DNA from: an uncultured virus (IMG/VR IMGVR_UViG_3300030382_003857) | Lineage: Duplodnaviria; Heunggongvirae; Uroviricota; Caudoviricetes | DNA length: 20,000 bases | Strand: one strand, 5' to 3' | Virus record (IMG/VR): IMGVR_UViG_3300030382_003857 | Shown here: positions 8,294-16,637 of the stretch, one piece after another | Numbering within the stretch: position 1 is the stretch's first letter | Layout: each line of letters begins with the position of its first letter | Program-made: the position numbers and the translations under genes | Notes under the pieces: model-generated | Seen by the model: only the letters and a program-made list of their open reading frames with translations | Database searches by the model: none | What the model was told of the DNA's origin: nothing

Positions 8294-9728
8294 TGTTACG
8301 AATTAAATTAATTAAATTTTTATGTTTAAATTTTTGATAAGAGCTTCTATTAGCTAAATAACGTTTAATATTGGTAGCTATTTCAATTTGATCAACATCA
8401 GGTAATAATTGAAATTCGTTTTTAATTTCATTCTTCTTGAGTAAACCTAAAGCGTGTAATTTCACAATAAAGTTAGGGGCATCAAATAATAAATAAGAAC
8501 TAAAAAAAGGAAAATCAAAACCACTCGGTAAACGTGTTTGCCATTTTTTTAAATTAGTTTTTAAACTATCAGTCAAAGAAGTTTTTTTAATCATTTTCCA
8601 AAACGGTGTATCTCCTTTTTTAATATAATAACTTAATGATACAAAATCTAAAATATTTTGATTAATTTCTTTTACCATATTATTATAAGTTTGGATACTT
8701 TCTTCATTATAATTAGATAATAAATGCATGAGAATGAAACTTTGAGTAATGGTTTGTGAAATAGCAGTGGCTTCCAAAGGTTCTATAAAGCTAGAACTTA
8801 ATCCAATACACGCACAATTTTTAATCCAATTAGTTTTATTTTGACCTGAGTTAAATTTAATATCTTTAAAGATTTCTACCTTCTGTTTTAATAATTGTTC
8901 ACATTCTTTTTGAGCTGCTTTAGCAGAAATAAAGTTGTCATTAAAAACGTATCCATTTCCCCATCTACCCCAAACAGGAATACGCCACAACCAACCTGCT
9001 TTCATTCGAATAGCTGAAGTGTAAGCGGGGTACTCAGAAGTGTCCGGTGTTGGAAAAGCAATCGCGTGGTTTACTTTTAAATATTTTTCATAACTTTCCC
9101 ACTCTCCTCCTTGTTTTTTATTAATTAAACGATGAAGTCCTGACACATCAATATAGAAATCAAACTTATATTTTTTTGTTCCTTGTAACCATTTAACGCT
9201 TTTGTCTTTATGAATTTGAACATCAGTTAATGTATCTTCAATAATACGAATTCCTCTTTTTTTACATTGTTCGAGTAAAAACTTATTGGTTAATTCCGCA
9301 TTAAGATGAAATTGATGAGGTTGGAGATTAGTATCCAGGGTATTATTTTTTATATTGTCAAAACTAACTATCTCTTGATTAGTATAATTATGACCGATTA
9401 AATAACCAAAACCTCCTAAATAATGAGTGATTTTATAAGTATAGAAATAGTCTTCAAGGGAATGATAATAATCTTTCTCTGTCCATCCTTGAAATTTAAC
9501 TGCTGTTTTAAAAGTCGCTCCGCAATGTTTAATAATCTCTGCGGGAGTAATTCCAACAAACTTAATAAATTCCATAAAATGTTCAGTGGTACTTTCTCCT
9601 ACACCAATGATACCAATTTTGTTTGATTTAATGATATGGATTTTAAGTTTTTCTTGAAAGCGTTGTTGTAAAATAAGAGCACAGATTAAACCGCTTGTTC
9701 CTCCTCCTACAATCCCAATTGTTTTCAT
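8262..9728 (-). CDS. Flavin-dependent tryptophan halogenase family protein (copy B)
   Basis: GGGTSG, IGVGEST, GATFKTAVKF, DVSGL, GWLWRIP, FIEPLEATAI. Start reassigned to MKTIGIVGGG at 9728 (ATGA overlap). Confidence 0.9.
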   Translation of the reverse strand: MKTIGIVGGGTSGLICALILQQRFQEKLKIHIIKSNKIGIIGVGESTTEHFMEFIKFVGITPAEIIKHCGATFKTAVKFQGWTEKDYYHSLEDYFYTYKITHYLGGFGYLIGHNYTNQEIVSFDNIKNNTLDTNLQPHQFHLNAELTNKFLLEQCKKRGIRIIEDTLTDVQIHKDKSVKWLQGTKKYKFDFYIDVSGLHRLINKKQGGEWESYEKYLKVNHAIAFPTPDTSEYPAYTSAIRMKAGWLWRIPVWGRWGNGYVFNDNFISAKAAQKECEQLLKQKVEIFKDIKFNSGQNKTNWIKNCACIGLSSSFIEPLEATAISQTITQSFILMHLLSNYNEESIQTYNNMVKEINQNILDFVSLSYYIKKGDTPFWKMIKKTSLTDSLKTNLKKWQTRLPSGFDFPFFSSYLLFDAPNFIVKLHALGLLKKNEIKNEFQLLPDVDQIEIATNIKRYLANRSSYQKFKHKNLINLIRNNESVHAGWVY

Positions 9729-10327
9729 CGAATCCCAAATTCCACCCAACCTGTCAAAAGATACTTATCATTTTCTAAAGGAGGATTTCCCCGATGAACA
9801 TGTGTATATGCTGTTGGAAATATCAGAAGGCTATTACGTTTAGGTTTATAGCGTTGGTTCTGATGAAGAAATTCTGTTTCTCCTCCTTCTTCAACAGTAT
9901 TTAAAAATAAACTAAAGGCAGCGATCCGACGAATGACTTTAGGAGCAGCATCTTCCGTGTGCCAGACATGATAACCTTCTCCTGGACGCGTCTTTTGAAT
10001 TTTAAGATCGTAAATGGTATGTTGACTATAGTTGTATAAAATAGGATATCTATCACAGTATTCTTTCCAATGAGTTCCAAAAAAGATTTCAAGAAATTTA
10101 TCATCTGCAGCTAAGTGAAGGGTATCTAATTTTTTCCCCGCAATTCTACCCCACGTTAAAGAAATGGCATGATCACTCTTTTGTAAAGGATCTGATTTTT
10201 CCCATTTTTGTCGTTGAATGGTTCGTCCTGTTTTTTCAGCTAATTTATAATAGCTTAAAAATCCATCAATAACTTCTTCAGGAAAAGCATTTTCGACTAA
10301 AGCAATATGATCCTTAACATTCATCAT
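9725..10327 (-). CDS. 2OG-Fe(II) oxygenase (P4Hc-like, H-x-E variant)
   Basis: KIQKT...GYHVWHTE, FLNTVEEGGETEF, FP...THVHRGNPP...KYLLTGW. Confidence 0.88.
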   Translation of the reverse strand: MMNVKDHIALVENAFPEEVIDGFLSYYKLAEKTGRTIQRQKWEKSDPLQKSDHAISLTWGRIAGKKLDTLHLAADDKFLEIFFGTHWKEYCDRYPILYNYSQHTIYDLKIQKTRPGEGYHVWHTEDAAPKVIRRIAAFSLFLNTVEEGGETEFLHQNQRYKPKRNSLLIFPTAYTHVHRGNPPLENDKYLLTGWVEFGIR

Positions 10328-10929
10328 TTAAAAGGTTCTCCTAAATACCATTGAACTAAAGATTTTCGACACCCTGTAGTCACTGGAGTTACTCTATGCC
10401 ATAAAAAAGAAGGAAAAACAACCACAGTTCCTGCTGATTTTTCCAGAGTAATGGTATGAATATTATGTGCGTATTGCCATGAAATTTCAAAATCCCCTCC
10501 TTTATAATCTTTTTCATCGGAGAGTTGTACAGTTACAGATAGTTTACGCATTAAACCAATATGATTTAAAGACTTCGTATCATTAATGGTATTGGCTTGA
10601 GTATGACAATCTTGATGCCAGTCATAGTGGCCTTGTTGTTGATATTCTGTATATTGAATAGGTTCAGCTCGATGAAATTCATAGTTCCAGTTACAAGTTT
10701 CATTTGCTCGTGTAACAATTTTATTAATTTTATTGATAAGCCAAGAATCTTTTAACCATTTAACATTTGATTTTCGATAACGATTATCTTCGTCTGGATG
10801 ATGAGATATAGTTCCTTTTTTAAAAGGTAATTTCCCAGCACTTTGTAAAATTTTCTTAATTTCTTTTGGAGTAAAAGCGTCTTTAATTTTAAAATATTTA
10901 TAATTATTTCGACCAGAATCCTGCTGCAT
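10324..10929 (-). CDS. 2OG-Fe(II) oxygenase (prolyl-4-hydroxylase/PKHD-type)
   Basis: RKSNVKW, QYTEY...HYDWHQD, RKLSVTVQLS...YKGGDF, FPSFLWHRVTPVTTGCRKSLVQW. Confidence 0.92.
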   Translation of the reverse strand: MQQDSGRNNYKYFKIKDAFTPKEIKKILQSAGKLPFKKGTISHHPDEDNRYRKSNVKWLKDSWLINKINKIVTRANETCNWNYEFHRAEPIQYTEYQQQGHYDWHQDCHTQANTINDTKSLNHIGLMRKLSVTVQLSDEKDYKGGDFEISWQYAHNIHTITLEKSAGTVVVFPSFLWHRVTPVTTGCRKSLVQWYLGEPFK

Positions 10930-10939
10930 ACCTAAACTT

Positions 10940-10968
10940 GGTATACACTAAATTAGACGTCTTTCCAA
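10940..10968 (-). promoter_or_regulatory. Possible weak sigma70-like promoter in front of the oxygenase/halogenase cassette
   Basis: Minus strand TTGGAA (10968-10963), 17-nt spacer, TATACC (10945-10940). Imperfect match in AT-rich DNA. Confidence 0.3.
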
Positions 10969-11420
10969 GTTGAAGTTTCGGGATCCCAATATTTATTATA
11001 AGTTCCAACACCTTGTATAGGATCATTCTCTCCAGTCGCACTTAACCATCTTTGATTTGCTTCATCCCATTTATACATATAAAAAGGAATGCTTGGATCT
11101 TCTGGATCATAAGCTGGTTCTGCTACAGGAGGTTGCCATCTATAATTAGCATCTAATGTCCAAGAGGCATATGGTTTTGCATTAACAAATGCTTGGTTGC
11201 TTGGATCCCAATAACCCCCAGTTGCTGGTGGATTATATCTTTTATCTGCTTGACCCACTGGATCTTCAGCACTGAAATATCCTTGTGCCCAATTAGTAGA
11301 CGCTCCATAAACACCTTGTAAAAAGCTGATACCTGCTGCTTCTGTAGGTGCATCTGAATCTGCTACCTTGATTACATCAAGAACAATATTATTTTCATCT
11401 ATTTTTGCGAAAGTTGCCAT
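10953..11420 (-). CDS. Tail-fibre-associated small protein (possible assembly chaperone)
   Basis: MATFAKIDENNIV...KPYASWTL...WQPPV...WDEANQRW, a type that typically follows Gly-rich fibre genes. TAATG-coupled. Confidence 0.55.
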   Translation of the reverse strand: MATFAKIDENNIVLDVIKVADSDAPTEAAGISFLQGVYGASTNWAQGYFSAEDPVGQADKRYNPPATGGYWDPSNQAFVNAKPYASWTLDANYRWQPPVAEPAYDPEDPSIPFYMYKWDEANQRWLSATGENDPIQGVGTYNKYWDPETSTWKDV

Positions 11421-12202
11421 TATGCGTTAAATGTCCCCGATGTGTTAAATGTGTGAATAGTGTCTGACCCATCTGTTGATGCTTGTCCTGCAGTAGATGT
11501 TGACTTTGCTGTTTCTCTTCTAAGAATTACAACACCTGATCCGCCCGATTGTCCAGTTGTATTGTGTCCTCCGGCTCCGCCTCCGCCACCACGGTTGGCT
11601 GTTGAGCCCCCGCCTTGGCCGTTTCCAGCGTTTCCAGTATTGTGACCTGCACCTCCGCCACCACCACCATAATTAACAGATGAACCGGTAATTGTTGATG
11701 CTCTTCCTTGCCCACCTACGTGAGATCCAGATTGACCATAACCTGCATTTTGTGTTCCTCCGCCACCTGGTGATCTATGCTCAGGGCCTCCGGAACTTCC
11801 TTGTCCACCATCCGTTCCTTCAGCTGGTGTATAGCCTCCTCGGTTTCCTTCATAACCTCCGGCTCCACAACCCCCAATTCCTTCATTAGGTGTTAGTGTT
11901 TGTGGCTCGTGTGACATTCCACCAAAAGATGCTGGGTAAGTTGAAAAGCCAGAAGGATTACTCATTGCACCCGTATTGGTGTAATTTGCAACGCCACCTG
12001 AACCTACGGTTACAGCATGACTGTCTCCTCCATAAACTTTGATAGTTTTAGTAGTTGAGTATCGAAGACCTCCGCCACCGCCACCTGGGCTGTGTCTTGA
12101 GCCTCCGCCACCACCGCCACCTTGTACTACGTATTCAAGCAAGTAGTTGGGTCTAACTCCACCACCGAATCCTAAGATCCCGTATCCAAAATATTCTGAC
12201 AT
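11420..12202 (-). CDS. Glycine-rich virion/tail-fibre-type protein
   Basis: Multiple poly-Gly tracts, ASTITGSSVNYGGGGGG, GGSGVVILR and C-terminal TIHTFNTSGTF. Confidence 0.7.
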   Translation of the reverse strand: MSEYFGYGILGFGGGVRPNYLLEYVVQGGGGGGGSRHSPGGGGGGLRYSTTKTIKVYGGDSHAVTVGSGGVANYTNTGAMSNPSGFSTYPASFGGMSHEPQTLTPNEGIGGCGAGGYEGNRGGYTPAEGTDGGQGSSGGPEHRSPGGGGTQNAGYGQSGSHVGGQGRASTITGSSVNYGGGGGGAGHNTGNAGNGQGGGSTANRGGGGGAGGHNTTGQSGGSGVVILRRETAKSTSTAGQASTDGSDTIHTFNTSGTFNA

Positions 12203-12219
12203 TTATTACCTCGCCTTTA

Positions 12220-13308
12220 TTAACTATCGTTTTTAGCGTTTGTTGTCCAGGTAATTAATATTCCTAATAATTTTGCATCTACGGTTAAAGTGTCTGCGCC
12301 ATCAGATACATCCCTGTACAATCTAAACCAACAAGCGTCTTGTTCAGCCGGTGTACCAGCAATCGTAATTGCTGCTGATGTTGCTGTGACTGCTAATTGA
12401 TTCGCAGTTCCAGAAGCTGTGTCAGTTACTCCAACTGCTGTCCCATACGTTGCTGAAATATTTTCTGCATTAGAAACTGCAGCACCTGATAAAAACCATG
12501 CGACGCCGTTTGTTTCTGTTGAAGCATTTGTCCAATAAGCTCTAAACGTTACAGTACCTTCATTCCATGATTTTGGAAAAGAGACCATAAATTGAGCATG
12601 CTCGTCAGAACTTGCATCAAAATCTAATGATCTAAAATCTGGAGTTCCAGCACTAATTTCTGTTTGTGCTATATCTGCACAGCCAGCTGTCGTTGTAGCT
12701 GTCATTGATGCAGCTGGTATCCACATGTCTGTAGAACCTGCCGCTCGAATAGCATCTCCACTAACTTGAGCTACTCCAGTTCCGTTAGGAGCAATGTTAA
12801 TATTACCGTTTGATACAGAAACAATATTGTTTCCATTAACATCTAATGCTCCGCCTAATTGTGGAGTTGTGTCTTCGACTAAGTTTACTAATGCGTCTGA
12901 TTTGAAACCAGTGTCTACTACATTTGTACCATCAGAAAAAACTAAATTTGTTTGAGCAGCTGTCATCGCTACCCCAGTTCCACTCACTGTTTTAACAGTT
13001 AATGAGTAACCATTTCTTGTTGTTCCATCTACTACTACGTAGACTTTTTCAATAGAGTCAGGAACTTTAACTGCTCTGTTGCCTGTTAAGCTACCAGTAA
13101 GTTTAAGAACCATATTTCTAGCGTTAGAAATTGTTGCATTAGTCATTGCTAATGTAACATCTGCTCCCGCTACGTCTATCGCTTCATAACCTGCGACAGC
13201 TTGTTGAATTAATTTTAAATTGGTATTTGTTTTATCGCCCCATGTGCCCGAGTTTTCACCCGTTAGCATTAGTTCGAGTTTTAAATCCGTTGAATAACTT
13301 GATGCCAT
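12220..13308 (-). CDS. Putative tail fibre / tail structural protein
   Basis: N-terminal TGENSGTWGDKTNTNL anchor-like domain, linker EDTTPQLGGALDVNGNNIVSVSNGNINIAPNGTG, and a distinct beta-rich C-terminal domain. Confidence 0.6.
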   Translation of the reverse strand: MASSYSTDLKLELMLTGENSGTWGDKTNTNLKLIQQAVAGYEAIDVAGADVTLAMTNATISNARNMVLKLTGSLTGNRAVKVPDSIEKVYVVVDGTTRNGYSLTVKTVSGTGVAMTAAQTNLVFSDGTNVVDTGFKSDALVNLVEDTTPQLGGALDVNGNNIVSVSNGNINIAPNGTGVAQVSGDAIRAAGSTDMWIPAASMTATTTAGCADIAQTEISAGTPDFRSLDFDASSDEHAQFMVSFPKSWNEGTVTFRAYWTNASTETNGVAWFLSGAAVSNAENISATYGTAVGVTDTASGTANQLAVTATSAAITIAGTPAEQDACWFRLYRDVSDGADTLTVDAKLLGILITWTTNAKNDS

Positions 13309-13353
13309 AATAAAATCCTTTTATTTATATTTTCGTTATAGTCATATTTTACG

Positions 13354-15105
13354 CTACGCAGCTATCTCTGTCCATACCATCGATACATTTGGATCGATTT
13401 CTGTCCATATCACTGGATGTAAAGTTCCTGTAGATATTGACATAGTAACCCCAGTAGGAATTACATCTATTTTTGCTCCCCCGAAGACTGTTCCGACATA
13501 TGGAGTTAAAGATACTCCTGTTGGGATAACTGTTACGTCTCCAACCATACTTTCATTACCGAGTGCTATAGTCGCAGATACACCTGTTGCAGAGACCGCA
13601 ACACCGCCTTCACCCCAGTAACCATATCCCCAAGTTTGTCTACCCCAGCCTAGATTAACTTCAGATTCAGCCGTTTCACTACCTAAAGTAGCTGTCATGG
13701 CTATACCACTAACTAGAGATCCTGAATTGATTGATTCACCCCAGAAATCATCTCCCCATTCTCTTCGACCCCATCCAGTATTAACTTCAGCAACTGTAGA
13801 AACACTTGCTAAACTTAAACTCATAGATTGGCTGTTTGCTAATGCTTGGCCTTGAATACCCCAAGCGAATGATCCAAACGTTGATCTACCCCAACCTACA
13901 TTAATTTCGTTAGTAATTGATGGTGTGCCCAAAGAAGAACTTAAAGCATTTCCAGTAGCAATTGGTTGAACTTGAGCTCTAACACCCCAAGCATTAGTCC
14001 CCCATGTACTTCTACCCCAACCTAAATTAACTTCTGCAGAAATTGTTGGTGTGCCTAAAGCTGAAGATATAACTTGTCCTGTTGGTGCTGCCGCTTCGTT
14101 TGGTGTACCCCAAACTTGGTAGCCCCATTTGTTTCGACCCCAACCTAACATTACTTCACCTTCAGCTACAACGTTTGCTAAAGTGGCTGTTAAAGATTGA
14201 CCATTGGCTAATGCATCGCCAGCAATACCCCATGCGTCGGTATTCCATCCAGCTCTACCCCAACCTAAATTAACTTCTGCGGAAACAGTCGGTGTTCCAG
14301 TTGCTAAAGTTGCTGTTACACCTGATGGTGCTGCCGCTTCATCATTATCGCCCCAAACTTGATTTCCCCAGTAACCTCTACCCCAACCTAATCCCACAGT
14401 GGTAGTAACATTAATTCCAGAATTATTAAGTGTGGCTGTAAGACCTTCTCCAGTTACATAATGACCAGACATTCCCCAATCTGAGTAACCCCAGGTTTGA
14501 GCGCCCCAGCCAACTACTAATTCAGCAGTAACTGAAAGACTAGAATAAACTCGACCCCAAACATTATAGCCATACGTTTCATTTCCCCATCCTGGTGGCT
14601 GAATTTTTGCTTCTAAAGATTGACCTTCAAGAGTAACTCCATTACTATTTTGTTCATTCCAGGCTCCATAACCCCAAGCCCCTGCAGCATAAGCATCTGC
14701 ACTAATGTCCATAACACCACCCATACCGACTCCATGAACCCAACAACCATAGTAAAAATTAGCTGAGGATGCTGGAGCAATTTCAATATAACGGGTAGTT
14801 TTAGAATTGAAAAAAGTTGGGTTGGTATAATTAGATTGAGTAACCGCTCCATCGGCATAATACGTTACACCTGATGTAATTAATCCAGCTTGAAACGTGG
14901 AAAGAGTGGTACTATTGGAAGTCGAAAAAATAATTGGATGACCGTCATTACTTGAATCACTTTGATCTAATCGTAATGTTGCGGTTGGAATCCAGTTATA
15001 AGTATAAGCAACTCGAGAGCTATCAAAAAAATAAACACTCCCCGAGCTACCACTAGGATACTGGGCACCGGTTGCTACGGTGACAGTTATGGTACGATCA
15101 GCCAT
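13354..15105 (-). CDS. Virion structural protein with N-terminal cupredoxin-like motif and Trp-Gly repeats (583 aa)
   Basis: GGAGGT SD. 31 Trp counted, repeated GWGxxxWGxxxWG units, Thr/Ser/Gly-rich and very Lys-poor. Lies between structural genes. Confidence 0.7.
   Translation of the reverse strand: MADRTITVTVATGAQYPSGSSGSVYFFDSSRVAYTYNWIPTATLRLDQSDSSNDGHPIIFSTSNSTTLSTFQAGLITSGVTYYADGAVTQSNYTNPTFFNSKTTRYIEIAPASSANFYYGCWVHGVGMGGVMDISADAYAAGAWGYGAWNEQNSNGVTLEGQSLEAKIQPPGWGNETYGYNVWGRVYSSLSVTAELVVGWGAQTWGYSDWGMSGHYVTGEGLTATLNNSGINVTTTVGLGWGRGYWGNQVWGDNDEAAAPSGVTATLATGTPTVSAEVNLGWGRAGWNTDAWGIAGDALANGQSLTATLANVVAEGEVMLGWGRNKWGYQVWGTPNEAAAPTGQVISSALGTPTISAEVNLGWGRSTWGTNAWGVRAQVQPIATGNALSSSLGTPSITNEINVGWGRSTFGSFAWGIQGQALANSQSMSLSLASVSTVAEVNTGWGRREWGDDFWGESINSGSLVSGIAMTATLGSETAESEVNLGWGRQTWGYGYWGEGGVAVSATGVSATIALGNESMVGDVTVIPTGVSLTPYVGTVFGGAKIDVIPTGVTMSISTGTLHPVIWTEIDPNVSMVWTEIAA
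13612..14691 (-). repeat. Intragenic array of about 10 Trp-Gly repeats (roughly 40-42 aa period)
   Basis: Eight regular units of consensus (EVNL)GWGRxxWGxxxWG plus two degenerate units. An exact 27-bp DNA repeat occurs at 14011-14037 and 14254-14280. Confidence 0.9.
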
Positions 15106-15121
15106 AGCAACCTATACCTCC

Positions 15122-15553
15122 TTATGAAATTCTTAAAATCGCCGCCGCTGTTGTGAACGAAGGGAACTGTACTGTAAAAGTTCCAGACGTCGCTGTTTTA
15201 TCCGCGCCAAAATCTAATATACATACTGCAGGATCTCCTGAAGCTGTATCATTATAAATCATTGCGCCTCTAGCTGTTAGCGTCACACCTGTAAAAGATC
15301 TGTTCGCAAAATCAACTATAGCTACTCCACTTGCAACTGACGTTTGTTGGCTAGCTAATGCTCCACCACCAGACGCATACTGACCAGAAACTGATGCTTG
15401 TCCTGTTGTCGTAAACGAAGTTGTGGCTGCACTTAACGTTGCCGTTGAAATATACAGTGCTAGTTTGAAACTATTTCCTCCACTAGCGAAATTATGAGTT
15501 CCTCCTAAGAGTTCTTTTTTGAATGAATTACATACTGCTTGACTTATTGCCAT
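15122..15553 (-). CDS. Phage structural protein (143 aa)
   Basis: AGGAG SD. MAISQAVCNSFKKELL...FKLALY...LDFGADKT...FTVQFP pattern recalled from phage tail modules. Ala/Thr/Ser-rich. Confidence 0.65.
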   Translation of the reverse strand: MAISQAVCNSFKKELLGGTHNFASGGNSFKLALYISTATLSAATTSFTTTGQASVSGQYASGGGALASQQTSVASGVAIVDFANRSFTGVTLTARGAMIYNDTASGDPAVCILDFGADKTATSGTFTVQFPSFTTAAAILRIS

Positions 15554-15573
15554 GTTTTTTTTCTCCTATAAAT

Positions 15574-16278
15574 TTATTTAATTCGTGCCGATGGAGATGG
15601 GATTGGTAATCTCATAGTTCCATCAGTATACTCACCTCGTCTTCTTCTTCCCATTTGTTCTAAAGCAAAGGTTTGTATTTCTTTATTATACTTATCTTCA
15701 TAGACCTTGTACATAGCCTCGGGGCCTTTGAGGAATGAGTAAGCTTCACACATCACTGCATAAAATAAGAGCTCTTGAGCCTTATTACTTAGATAAGTAA
15801 CCGTCTTTTTATTAGGAACACTTCCCGGATCATTGGAGCTATATAGGTGTTCAGGGTATTTGATATAGTTAATCTGACAGGTATCAGCAGACGCAGCCAA
15901 AGGGGCTATAATGATATACTGATTTCCATCGGATTTATCCCAATTTGCATAATATTTCGGAGTGCCTGTGGCATCCGTACTATTATACTCACTAATAAAA
16001 CTTAAATCTCTTTTTTGTAAAAATGACCTAACACCACCTGAAGTAATATGTTGAACGGATCTGACTATCAATAAATCATCAGGCATAAGTACATATCGAC
16101 TACTTGCTTGAAATGTTGATGTCGCTTGTTTTCGACAATAATCTCCATCGACTTCTCTATAGATTCTTGCTTCTGAATCTAAAATAAATCCATCAATAAT
16201 CGAATCAGTTAAAACATTACTATCGACTTCTGTGTAATCTCTAATTTTAGTTAATAAAGCTGAATATGAAATTGCCAT
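15574..16278 (-). CDS. Putative head-tail adaptor/connector protein
   Basis: Helical N-terminus, central GTPKYYA beta domain, LLFYAVMCEAY helical C-terminus. Adaptor-like architecture. Confidence 0.55.
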   Translation of the reverse strand: MAISYSALLTKIRDYTEVDSNVLTDSIIDGFILDSEARIYREVDGDYCRKQATSTFQASSRYVLMPDDLLIVRSVQHITSGGVRSFLQKRDLSFISEYNSTDATGTPKYYANWDKSDGNQYIIIAPLAASADTCQINYIKYPEHLYSSNDPGSVPNKKTVTYLSNKAQELLFYAVMCEAYSFLKGPEAMYKVYEDKYNKEIQTFALEQMGRRRRGEYTDGTMRLPIPSPSARIK

Positions 16279-16637
16279 TATGTTATCGCCACCGTTACTG
16301 TTCCAAGATATAATCTTGCTAATCTTTTTTTATTTGCTTCATTAGCTGTTTCTGGAGGAGCCATACTATAGGTTCCACTAGAAGGACTATTTATTGCCCA
16401 CCATAGTTGTGGTTCTAGACTTGCTATGATTCCACTTTTATGTGAAGGTCTAGGATGTTGTAATGCAATTGGATCTGCTCCAATATAAGGAGGATCTAAT
16501 TGTGGTTGCTTAGGTTCATATTCACTAATGTGAACTAAAGCTCCATTCCATTCCTTTACCATTTCAAGATAAGGAAACTGCATTCCGCTTCGATCGGAAA
16601 TAGAAAGTGCATATTTACCTGACGCCCATTTAGCCAT
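16278..16637 (-). CDS. Hypothetical phage protein (119 aa)
   Basis: TAATG-coupled at both ends. Contains ISDRSG...EWNG...EPKQPQL. Confidence 0.75.
   Translation of the reverse strand: MAKWASGKYALSISDRSGMQFPYLEMVKEWNGALVHISEYEPKQPQLDPPYIGADPIALQHPRPSHKSGIIASLEPQLWWAINSPSSGTYSMAPPETANEANKKRLARLYLGTVTVAIT

Noticed and set aside
6743..9728. Pyrrolnitrin or other bacterial secondary-metabolite cluster (prnA)
   Set aside because: No prnBCD, NRPS/PKS or transporter, and the context is phage structural genes, so no gene symbol was assigned.
13309..13353. AT-rich intergenic gap as a promoter
   Set aside because: Several -10-like hexamers but no properly spaced -35 or extended -10. Not distinguishable from background.
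13612..14691. Repeat array as a CRISPR array, a DGR template/variable pair, an Argonaute-hook GW region or a RiPP multi-core precursor
   Set aside because: Repeats are degenerate and codon-phased within one ORF. There is no cas or reverse transcriptase gene and no adenine-specific mismatch pattern was noticed. Ago hooks are eukaryotic, and no leader peptidase or transporter is present.
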